Virus record (IMG/VR): IMGVR_UViG_3300033148_006706
Coordinates: 1-64,000 of that record
DNA length: 64,000 bases
Reading direction: 5' to 3' (one strand)
Origin: a virus
The position numbers and the translations under genes are program-made. This document shows, piece by piece, positions 50,475-58,810 of the stretch. Every line of letters begins with the position of its first letter. Within the stretch, counting starts at the first letter, position 1. The notes under the pieces are model-generated. The model saw only the letters and a program-made list of their open reading frames with translations. It was not told the origin of the DNA and searched no databases.

Positions 50475-51818
50475 GTGATAAGATTATACTCTCCGGTAAA
50501 ATTAAATAAAATTAAACTTCAAAAACTACCTTCAAACTTATATTTTTCTTCTAAACCTCATGTTCTTGATATTGAAGACTTTATAGAAACTCTCAAAAAA
50601 TACAATATTTTTGATGTTGTTGTCCTTATGACACGAGAAGAAATAACAGATTATTATTTCTATAATTTATTTTCTTTTTATGAAAAAAATAATATAAACT
50701 TTATTCATTATCCAATCGAAGATTTGGGAATACCAAAGAGCTTAAAAAGTTTTGATCTAGTTATACATAGAATAATCGATCTGTTAAATAAAGGTAGAAA
50801 TGTTATAATTCATTGTAGTGGAGGAGTAGGAAGAAGCGGTCTAGTAATTGTTGGGGTATTAATGAATATACTTAAAAAACCCCCTAATGTTATTCTAGAT
50901 GTAATAAGAGATCAAAAATTTATTGTAGAGACTAGAGAACAAGAAATCTTTTTATCTAATTATTATAAAATGATAAAGGCATCAACTGAACAGTTTAAAG
51001 AACAAGAAGATTCAGAGGTTGTTGATCTTAAAAAAGAAATACTTCAAATTGAACAAGATATAATTAAACTTAGGGCACAACAGCTTGAAACTGACGATCC
51101 CGACGAGATAGAAGATATTAAACGACAAATTGATGATTTGAACCAACAAAAACAAGATATAAGCGATAAAATAGTAGATATTAAAGAAAGATTATACAAT
51201 AAAAAATTGAAAAAATTAAAGGAAGAAATTTCTCTTTTACAAGAAGCTAGAATGATTCCTACATTCCCTGGACATGAAATACAAGGGGACGTCTATGATA
51301 TATGGCAAAATTATAAAAAAGCTATGGAAAAACGCAGACCGGATAGCTATTTGGAATATGACAAATTTGAATATTATCTGGAAACCTCCGCTTCTGTATA
51401 TAAATATAAGAATAGTTATGTAATTGGACAATATGATGGAAATTTGTTTATTCCAACTCATTTTTCACCTGCCGGGTTAAAGGAAGGTATTGATATAATT
51501 AAATCGATGAAAAAATATGATAACATTGTATTTATAGTTACTAAAGATCTAAAAGATATGTTAAATAAGATGGGGTTTAAGACTCTTCCTGTTACGATAA
51601 TAAGACAATTCAGAGGGGTGGATGTTGAAAAGTCGATAGTCTATTCTAATATATTTTACATAGCTGTTGAGAGAATATGGATGCAATTATTAAGATTGAT
51701 ACAATTTGTAAAAGCTAAATTTAGAAAAGTTACTTTTAATTTAGTAAATAAATTTAAAGATCGATTTGATTTTGAAGACGATTTTATTATTGATGAAAAA
51801 ACATTGTATGATGATTAA
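50475..51818 (+). CDS. Dual-specificity/tyrosine phosphatase domain plus coiled coil plus unknown C-terminal domain
   Basis: HYPIED acid loop and HCSGGVGRSG (CX5R), VET..Q. Confidence 0.85.
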   Translation: MIRLYSPVKLNKIKLQKLPSNLYFSSKPHVLDIEDFIETLKKYNIFDVVVLMTREEITDYYFYNLFSFYEKNNINFIHYPIEDLGIPKSLKSFDLVIHRIIDLLNKGRNVIIHCSGGVGRSGLVIVGVLMNILKKPPNVILDVIRDQKFIVETREQEIFLSNYYKMIKASTEQFKEQEDSEVVDLKKEILQIEQDIIKLRAQQLETDDPDEIEDIKRQIDDLNQQKQDISDKIVDIKERLYNKKLKKLKEEISLLQEARMIPTFPGHEIQGDVYDIWQNYKKAMEKRRPDSYLEYDKFEYYLETSASVYKYKNSYVIGQYDGNLFIPTHFSPAGLKEGIDIIKSMKKYDNIVFIVTKDLKDMLNKMGFKTLPVTIIRQFRGVDVEKSIVYSNIFYIAVERIWMQLLRLIQFVKAKFRKVTFNLVNKFKDRFDFEDDFIIDEKTLYDD

Positions 51819-51881
51819 AAAAAACAAATATTCAGAATAGAATTACTAATATAACGGATAAGTAAAAAGAGGGAGATACAA

Positions 51882-52391
51882 ATGGCTGATGTGAAAAAAA
51901 TCATACAAGACATAGAAAGTAAAGACCTTAGTAGTACAAATAAACAACAAGCTGCTTTTGCTGAAATGATAAAAGGATTAGCTTTTAGTGATGATCCTCT
52001 CGCAAACAAATTTATGAAAAAAGTGGATAAAGCAATTACTAAAATTGCTAAAGATGTATTAAGTAAAGAGGAATCCTTTAGTAAATTTATTACTATTTCA
52101 AAAAGCGTTCATATTCCAGAATCCAATATTATTCTTACCAAAGGAGATAAAATCAGAATTATAGAACAGGATAAATGGATTCAAAAAGCTGTAAAGCACC
52201 CTGGAGCGTTATCTAAAGCCCTTGGTATACCGGAAGAGGAAAATATACCAGCAGCATTACTCAATGCGATTATTAATGCAGAAACCGGAGAGACTATATC
52301 AAATCCAACAAAGGTGGGCAAGTCTAGTATCAAAGTAACTACTGAACTTAAAAGAATGGCTAACTTAGCACGTACCTTAAAAGGGATATAA
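51882..52391 (+). CDS. Hypothetical protein with LxKGDKI module and WIQKAVKHPGAL domain
   Basis: Late motif at 51844; ITISKSVHIPESNIILTKGDKIRIIE. Confidence 0.7.
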   Translation: MADVKKIIQDIESKDLSSTNKQQAAFAEMIKGLAFSDDPLANKFMKKVDKAITKIAKDVLSKEESFSKFITISKSVHIPESNIILTKGDKIRIIEQDKWIQKAVKHPGALSKALGIPEEENIPAALLNAIINAETGETISNPTKVGKSSIKVTTELKRMANLARTLKGI

Positions 52392-52395
52392 CTTA

Positions 52396-52698
52396 ATGAA
52401 ACAAATTAAAAAAATTTTTCTTTTTATTAAGAAATACTGGTTTGTAGTTGCAACTGTTAGTGGCGTAATAATATTTTTTCTTATTAAATTATTTGCTAAT
52501 ACTTCTGTAAAAAAGAACGAAATAAAGCAAAAAATAGAAGTTATTAAAAAGTCTAATAATGAAACAATTAAAGAAGTAGAAAAAGAAATAAAACAAATGG
52601 ATGAGGAAATAGAACAGATAAAAAAGAATAGACGGGAGGTTATTAAAAATAAAAAAGAGCGAGATAAAAAAGCAAAAAAATATTTTAAGGGAATTTAA
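52396..52698 (+). CDS. Single-TM coiled-coil protein (i-spanin-like architecture)
   Basis: N-terminal TM WFVVATVSGVIIFFLI, then charged coiled coil. Confidence 0.5.
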   Translation: MKQIKKIFLFIKKYWFVVATVSGVIIFFLIKLFANTSVKKNEIKQKIEVIKKSNNETIKEVEKEIKQMDEEIEQIKKNRREVIKNKKERDKKAKKYFKGI

Positions 52699-52710
52699 AA
52701 CAAGAATATT

Positions 52711-53211
52711 ATGAAAAAATTTTTATCATTTTTAATGATTTTATATATCTCATTAAATCATCTTACAGCCGAAGAAGTAAAAATAGACCATCCCAACCCT
52801 AATAAAGACCCAATTGTTCTTATTGTCCCCGATACTTACGAGGAGCTTAAAGAAGCCTATATAGAGATGGCAAAATTGTATCTTGGGGAACGATACGATT
52901 TGGAACAGTGCTTATCGGATCAAGAAAAACTTTTTAAAAATTATGATAAAATAAAAGAAGAGGTTATTACTCCTCTTATGGATCAACTTAAAAAGAATGA
53001 AAAAGCTATTAAAGATATAGCAAATAAAAAAGTAAAAATTGAACCATTTCAATTCGGTATATTTCTTCAAACAGGGATAGAACTTAAAAATGAAACAATT
53101 ATCCATACATTCTACGGAATGCCGTACATACAATTATTTCAAACAATAAATGTAGGGGTATTTATTGGATATCCTTTACAGTTAGGAATTGGAGCGGGGG
53201 TACAATTTTAG
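52711..53211 (+). CDS. Signal-peptide protein with coiled coil and C-terminal amphipathic beta strands ending in F
   Basis: MKKFLSFLMILY..LTA/EE; ...GIGAGVQF. Confidence 0.55.
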   Translation: MKKFLSFLMILYISLNHLTAEEVKIDHPNPNKDPIVLIVPDTYEELKEAYIEMAKLYLGERYDLEQCLSDQEKLFKNYDKIKEEVITPLMDQLKKNEKAIKDIANKKVKIEPFQFGIFLQTGIELKNETIIHTFYGMPYIQLFQTINVGVFIGYPLQLGIGAGVQF

Positions 53212-53448
53212 ATGATTAAGATATTTTCAAAGTATGAAAAATTAAAGGAAATACTTAGTAGATATAATGTCAAAGATTGGAATCGAGTACAGATGCAAAT
53301 ATGGCTTAAATTAGTACAAGATAACATAGTAGAAATGGACGATATGAATAAACTATTCATGTTTGGTCAAATATTTAGTGATTATTTTGATAAATATGGA
53401 AAAATAATTCCTTATGATCTAGTAAAGAAAAAATTATCAGAGGTATAA
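53212..53448 (+). CDS. Hypothetical protein
   Basis: ORF; MIKIF leader. Confidence 0.6.
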   Translation: MIKIFSKYEKLKEILSRYNVKDWNRVQMQIWLKLVQDNIVEMDDMNKLFMFGQIFSDYFDKYGKIIPYDLVKKKLSEV

Positions 53449-53452
53449 AATT

Positions 53453-54007
53453 GTGGCTATAACCAGGGGATTCAGAACAGATAGTAGTGGAGTATTTATA
53501 ACGATGACTTGGGCACATGTACTTGCACATAAAGGGGAGGTATTTGAAGTAAATGATTATGATGTAGATGTAGACATAGCAGGGCCTAAATACTGGCATT
53601 TCAAAACAGCAGATGACGATGAAAATGCGGTTCATTTTCGATATGATGTAACTTGTAATGGTGGTGCAATGATAGAGGTCTTTGAAGACTCCACGCTTTC
53701 AAACGACGGCACTTCTCTTACTATATTTAACATGAATAGGCAATCTACTAAAACTTCCAGTCTTCTGACTGCATATTATGATCCTGCTGTTAGCAGTGAC
53801 GGAACAAGACTTACTGTTCATGAAATTGGCAGTACGGGAGGCGGGAGCCGTTTTGCAGGTACAGTACCTGGGTTTCTAGGCGCACTAGAATTTATTCTTA
53901 AATCCAATACCTCGTATTTAATAAAGGTAACAGTACGACAAGACGACTCGACTGTGGGCATGAATGTATTCTTTTATGAATATAACTATACAGACTTAAC
54001 TTCATAA
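53453..54007 (+). CDS. Beta-rich putative virion protein
   Basis: Composition; position before the tail genes. Confidence 0.55.
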   Translation: MAITRGFRTDSSGVFITMTWAHVLAHKGEVFEVNDYDVDVDIAGPKYWHFKTADDDENAVHFRYDVTCNGGAMIEVFEDSTLSNDGTSLTIFNMNRQSTKTSSLLTAYYDPAVSSDGTRLTVHEIGSTGGGSRFAGTVPGFLGALEFILKSNTSYLIKVTVRQDDSTVGMNVFFYEYNYTDLTS

Positions 54008-54020
54008 TTACTAATATAAT

Positions 54021-54725
54021 ATGGCAGTAGTATCATCATATTACTCTGATAAAAATTTTCTGAATATAGCATACGCAATTGATCTTTCTCTAATAAGCCA
54101 TTTCTCATCTATGTTATTTAATAATGATGTTAACAGGGTACAGTATTCTAGCAATGCATACGCCATGAGAAAAAGAAGCGATAATAATAATGGGCGACTA
54201 GATTTACCGTTTTTAAATTTCAAAGCTGTTAGCTATGAACCAGGAGAAAGAGCTTGGTGGAATGCCTCTGCATATACAAAAGGCGTTTATATACCCGAAT
54301 TATCACAAAAAATAAAAATGGCGCCTGTAACAATTGGATATGAAGCATCTATTTGGCTACATAAAGATAGTGATTTACGATACGCCTTTAGTGAACTTAT
54401 CTTTGATGCAGATAATAAAACAATTTTAAATGTTCAACAGGCGACATATATAGATATTAATGGACAAACAGTATCTCTTCCTACAGTATTAAATTATACA
54501 GGGCTTGATTTTGAACCCGAGTACAATGAACAAGACTGGTTAGAACGGAATAATATTCACAGTGCTAGTTTAGATTTTGAGATAGGTACATTTGCTATAA
54601 AATCAAATGATAATATATGTATCCCCGAGAGAGTATTGTTTAACTTTGCTAATACTAAGGATATGAAAAATTATACTTACGATGAAGTATATAACTTTTT
54701 AGTTGAAGATTTAAATAGCAAATGA
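54021..54725 (+). CDS. Putative tail terminator/completion protein (gp15-like)
   Basis: Late motif; LPFLNF, PV.I.Y pattern; directly before the sheath. Confidence 0.55.
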   Translation: MAVVSSYYSDKNFLNIAYAIDLSLISHFSSMLFNNDVNRVQYSSNAYAMRKRSDNNNGRLDLPFLNFKAVSYEPGERAWWNASAYTKGVYIPELSQKIKMAPVTIGYEASIWLHKDSDLRYAFSELIFDADNKTILNVQQATYIDINGQTVSLPTVLNYTGLDFEPEYNEQDWLERNNIHSASLDFEIGTFAIKSNDNICIPERVLFNFANTKDMKNYTYDEVYNFLVEDLNSK

Positions 54726-54791
54726 TTAACTTTTTAATAGTTCTTTTACTAATATAATGTAATATACGTGAAAAGAAAAGGAGACTAATAT

Positions 54792-56369
54792 ATGGCATTA
54801 TCAAATAGCTGGAGATTAGATGTTCGTGAAATAGATAAATCTAGTACAGTACGCCTTTCTGTGAATACAACGGGTGCAATGGTAATACGAGCATCAAAAG
54901 GGCCTACTAAACCCGTTTTTATAAATCCTAATAAAGAACAGAGAATTATTAATCTTTTGGGTAAACCTTCGGTAAGTTATCCTGATGTACAAGAGGTAAT
55001 AGAATATAATAAGGAAGCCCCGGTGTGGGTTTCAGCTCCCTATGCTGTAAGTGATACTTATGGGGGGGTATTAGTTTCTTCTACTGGAACAGCTCCATTA
55101 GAAAGCGGACTTACTGATTCTGACATAGAAAGCTATACTTTTTCTGAAAGTTCACAATATTTTGTTCTTCTTTCAAGAAGTCCTTATAAAACTGATGACC
55201 TTGCAGTACTTGTAACTCAAACAATATTAAGGGAAAACGAGGCTAATGAGTTAAAAGCATTTGAAATTGAACTTTATCAAAAAGATAAGGGCCTTTGGGA
55301 TTTAAAAAAAGAGTATACGGTATGTTTAGATAGCGAGGGAGTAGACGGATTTGGTAGAGGAATATATATAGAAGATGTTCTAGAAAACGACGATTTTCTT
55401 AAAGTTATAGTAAATGAAAATTATGATACAACGTTGACATTTAATGACGATTCTGAGAAAGTCGAATTTGCTGGAGGCTCTAGGACAGATCCTACGATTG
55501 AAGAGTTGACTGATGGGTGGGATTATTTTAAAAAACCAAGGCAATATGAAGCAAATATTTTTATGGACTGTACAGCTGATGATGGTATTCCATCTATTTT
55601 TAATAATTTACGAAATAATTATCAAAAATATGCGCACTATATTATAAAACTCCCTATGAGCGAGAATGTATCCACGGCTATTTCTACTAAACAAGATTAC
55701 GGAATAGATAACAGGGGATTATCGTTTTCTTGGAATCATGGTAAGGTTAAAAACTTTTATGGCGGATCCTCCTTTTGGACATCTCTTATAGGAAGAGTAG
55801 GTAGAAAATATGCTCAAATGGCGCCCATTTTTAATGGTGGAGCTCCTGCATGGATCGATGAGAATGGATATGGAGGTCAATTAGGCCCGGGAATAGAGGA
55901 AATGGAATTTGACCCTACTGAAACAGAATTGGAACAACTTGATGAGAATGGTATTAATCCTATAATATTAGATCCGGGAGTTGGGGCTTTAATAGTATCA
56001 CAGAGAACTGCCCAATCACCGACCAAACTTTCTGACACTTCTTGGATTGCTCATAGCAGATTGTTCGATTTTATACTTAAGAATATAATAGAACAAGTTC
56101 TAGTACAACAAATTGTGAAACTTAATGATACACAACATAGGCAAATGGCTAAATCTAAAGGCAACACAATTATGGCTTCTATAGCTGCTGAAAATCTAAT
56201 ATCTGATTATGCTATAATTTGTGATGAAACCAATAACACTGATGAAATGTTAGCGCAAAGATATTTTGTATATGATGTAATTCTTAAAGTAACTCCCTAT
56301 TCAGAGCAGATAAGGTTTAACTTTGTTAACATAGGACAAACTGTAGAGGTAAGTGAGTTTGTGGGGTAA
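54792..56369 (+). CDS. Tail sheath protein
   Basis: VREIDKS, KGP..P, L.ENGINPI, RT, HSRLF, ICDETNNT, P..EQI.FNF. Confidence 0.92.
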   Translation: MALSNSWRLDVREIDKSSTVRLSVNTTGAMVIRASKGPTKPVFINPNKEQRIINLLGKPSVSYPDVQEVIEYNKEAPVWVSAPYAVSDTYGGVLVSSTGTAPLESGLTDSDIESYTFSESSQYFVLLSRSPYKTDDLAVLVTQTILRENEANELKAFEIELYQKDKGLWDLKKEYTVCLDSEGVDGFGRGIYIEDVLENDDFLKVIVNENYDTTLTFNDDSEKVEFAGGSRTDPTIEELTDGWDYFKKPRQYEANIFMDCTADDGIPSIFNNLRNNYQKYAHYIIKLPMSENVSTAISTKQDYGIDNRGLSFSWNHGKVKNFYGGSSFWTSLIGRVGRKYAQMAPIFNGGAPAWIDENGYGGQLGPGIEEMEFDPTETELEQLDENGINPIILDPGVGALIVSQRTAQSPTKLSDTSWIAHSRLFDFILKNIIEQVLVQQIVKLNDTQHRQMAKSKGNTIMASIAAENLISDYAIICDETNNTDEMLAQRYFVYDVILKVTPYSEQIRFNFVNIGQTVEVSEFVG

Positions 56370-56407
56370 AATTTCTACTAATATAAAAGAAAGGAGATTT
56401 AGAAATT

Positions 56408-56926
56408 ATGAGTATAGAACAGCTATATGATTTAGGAGATGATGCTTTACAGAATTTATTTGAAATGACAATAGCTCCTACTCAATATCTATCAGAACTA
56501 GCACCTACTTTATTACGTGTTCAAAATTTAACTATCCCTGCTAGTGGTGCAAATAAATATGAAGTTCATTACAAAACGGTAATGATAGAGAAAATAGGAG
56601 GTAAGCCTGATTCTCCTAAAGAGTTTACTTTTGATATACGAATCGACAGAAATTACTTGGTATATAAAGGTCTTGTTGCTTGGAAGAATGCGGTTAGTAA
56701 TACTAAGACAGGTGTTATGATGCCAGATACCGGTGGGTTAAGAGTCCCTATAACAGTATATCCTGTGACCCCTGAAGGTGATAAAATTACAGGTTTTGGA
56801 GAATGGTTATTTGAAGGGTGTTGCCCCACTAATATAAGTGATATTGGATATGATTATAGCTCGGGAGATCCCATTACGGTAACAGTTACTATGAGTTTTT
56901 TGGCCATGAATGATAACAATTTATAA
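56408..56926 (+). CDS. Tail tube protein
   Basis: After the sheath; NLFEM, W.F.GC.PT.IS...YDYSS...TVT. Confidence 0.85.
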   Translation: MSIEQLYDLGDDALQNLFEMTIAPTQYLSELAPTLLRVQNLTIPASGANKYEVHYKTVMIEKIGGKPDSPKEFTFDIRIDRNYLVYKGLVAWKNAVSNTKTGVMMPDTGGLRVPITVYPVTPEGDKITGFGEWLFEGCCPTNISDIGYDYSSGDPITVTVTMSFLAMNDNNL

Positions 56927-56957
56927 TTTTTTAAAGCCTTTCCATATTTTATTTTTT

Positions 56958-56982
56958 ATCCCTCTTTTTTGAGGGATTTTTT
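56958..56982 (+). terminator. Rho-independent terminator after the tube gene
   Basis: ATCCCTC-TTTTTT-GAGGGAT hairpin followed by a T-run. Confidence 0.7.
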
Positions 56983-57019
56983 ATTCTCCAAGTAAATGAA
57001 AAATTACTAATATAATAGT

Positions 57020-57631
57020 ATGATTCTATTTAATAAATATCTAAGAAAACTTAGAGCACTCGACATTCAAAATCCTAATTTATGGGAATTCTATTTTACT
57101 GATAATCAAGATATTCAATTCAATGTGGTTAGTATGTCTTTACCTTTTAAATCGTTAGAATTAGAAAAACATAATTCCGGATTACAGTATTACAGATCTT
57201 GTTCTTTAGAAGACTCCTTTTCTATTACTTTTAATGAAACCACCGACTTTGCTGTACTTTCTTATCTTAAAAGATGGTTTAATGAAATATACGATGAGGA
57301 AAATAGAGTTTTTAAAAGCGGTGATCATAATAAGATAGGAATAATGAATTTCAGTAAGCATGTGTTTTTTGACATTTTTAGCATTCTAGGCTTACCTGTT
57401 ACACTTAAAGAACTAGAAAAAAATACTCTATCTGTTACATTTTATAATATGCTATTAGCATCTATTGATGCTATTGATTTATCTTACGATAATACATCTG
57501 GAGGATTTACAGTAAGTGCCGAATTTTCTTCTTCAGAAATTCAATTTGATTTCTCTAATATTAAACAACCGTTGTCTGCGGCTATAGAGTCTAGAATTTC
57601 TTCTGGATTATCAAGTATGAGATTAGAATAA
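57020..57631 (+). CDS. Tube-like baseplate-tube initiator (gp54-like)
   Basis: Tube-fold pattern (SLP, ITF.ET, W, LSYD). Confidence 0.55.
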   Translation: MILFNKYLRKLRALDIQNPNLWEFYFTDNQDIQFNVVSMSLPFKSLELEKHNSGLQYYRSCSLEDSFSITFNETTDFAVLSYLKRWFNEIYDEENRVFKSGDHNKIGIMNFSKHVFFDIFSILGLPVTLKELEKNTLSVTFYNMLLASIDAIDLSYDNTSGGFTVSAEFSSSEIQFDFSNIKQPLSAAIESRISSGLSSMRLE

Positions 57632-57645
57632 GGAGATTATAAACC

Positions 57646-58686
57646 ATGAGTGATGAAGTAAAGGATTTCTTTGTTAACGATGAAGAGAATAAACAGCAAG
57701 AGATACAAAAAAGTAAGAAAAAAGATCAAAGATCAGACATCGTACCTAATGACTATATAAAAGTAAAATTAAGTACCTGTGGAAAACTTTCAGCTCCACC
57801 CATTGTTCATGTCAGAGACTATAGCGGGGAGGAGGCTTTTAAGCTTTCGTTGATGAATGATGATAATATGGTAGAAACTATTATTGATGTAATAAATAAT
57901 CTTCTATATGAAGATTTTGATGCTGGGAAATTTCACGAGAGGGAAGTAGAAGAAATTTTACTTAATATTCATGCCAACTTTTGGGATTCTACCATAAGCT
58001 ATAATTATGAACCTACTGAGGAGGAGTTAAACGAATTAAAAGAAAGTGATAGTGAAAAATTAAAGAAAATCCAAAATAGCAATGAGCCCTTAAAAGTAGC
58101 TATTCCTATAACTAATATCGAAACTAAACCGTTGCCCGATAATTTCAGTGAGCCTATTTCTATAAAAGATAAGAATATAAAAGTTCAATTTATACTTCCT
58201 AGAATTGAACATATTCTTGAAACCAGCAAATATCTGCAGACAAAATTTGCCCAGGAAGATCAAAAATTTGCTACTTTAAAACAAATAATAAGCCATAATG
58301 ATAGAATGAAAAGAGAGAGAAAATTTAATGAAATAGAATACATTTCAGAAGATAAAATGCAAGAATATAATAATTATCAAATTAGAAGAACTAGAGAATA
58401 TATATTAATACAGCAATCGCTACTGATTAAAAAAATTAATAATCAAAAATTAATAACAATAAATGAAAAAAGAAAGGCGTATGAACGAATACCTCAGAGA
58501 TTATGGGATGTCCTGGGAAATATACTAAATAAAGACCTGTTTTTTGGCGTACAAAGAGAAGTAAAAGTCAAATCTCCATTAACTAACAAAAAAGTTACTA
58601 GGAGGTTTCAATTTCGATTATTGGATTTTATACCGACCCTGGAGTTACAGGACACTTCAGGATATACTATTTCATTTGGGGAATAG
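57646..58686 (+). CDS. Baseplate hub assembly / tail assembly chaperone (gp26-like)
   Basis: L..CGK, VRDY, F.LPR, FGV...SP; position before the tape measure. Confidence 0.6.
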   Translation: MSDEVKDFFVNDEENKQQEIQKSKKKDQRSDIVPNDYIKVKLSTCGKLSAPPIVHVRDYSGEEAFKLSLMNDDNMVETIIDVINNLLYEDFDAGKFHEREVEEILLNIHANFWDSTISYNYEPTEEELNELKESDSEKLKKIQNSNEPLKVAIPITNIETKPLPDNFSEPISIKDKNIKVQFILPRIEHILETSKYLQTKFAQEDQKFATLKQIISHNDRMKRERKFNEIEYISEDKMQEYNNYQIRRTREYILIQQSLLIKKINNQKLITINEKRKAYERIPQRLWDVLGNILNKDLFFGVQREVKVKSPLTNKKVTRRFQFRLLDFIPTLELQDTSGYTISFGE

Positions 58687-58810
58687 TAATTTCAGTGAAA
58701 CATATTTTGATTATATGAGAATGCCAGCTCATATAATTAGAGACAGATTTAAGAAGTGGAAAAAATTAATGGAAAAACAAAACATAAATAATAAAAGGTT
58801 TTCCTTATGA
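58613..58810 (+). CDS. Unannotated +1-frame ORF (second chaperone segment), possibly reached by frameshift
   Basis: FDYWILYRPWSYRTLQDILFHLGNSNFSETYFDYMRMPAHIIRDRFKKWKKLMEKQN...; its TGA overlaps the tape-measure ATG (ATGA). Confidence 0.6.
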   Translation, partial: FDYWILYRPWSYRTLQDILFHLGNSNFSETYFDYMRMPAHIIRDRFKKWKKLMEKQNINNKRFSL

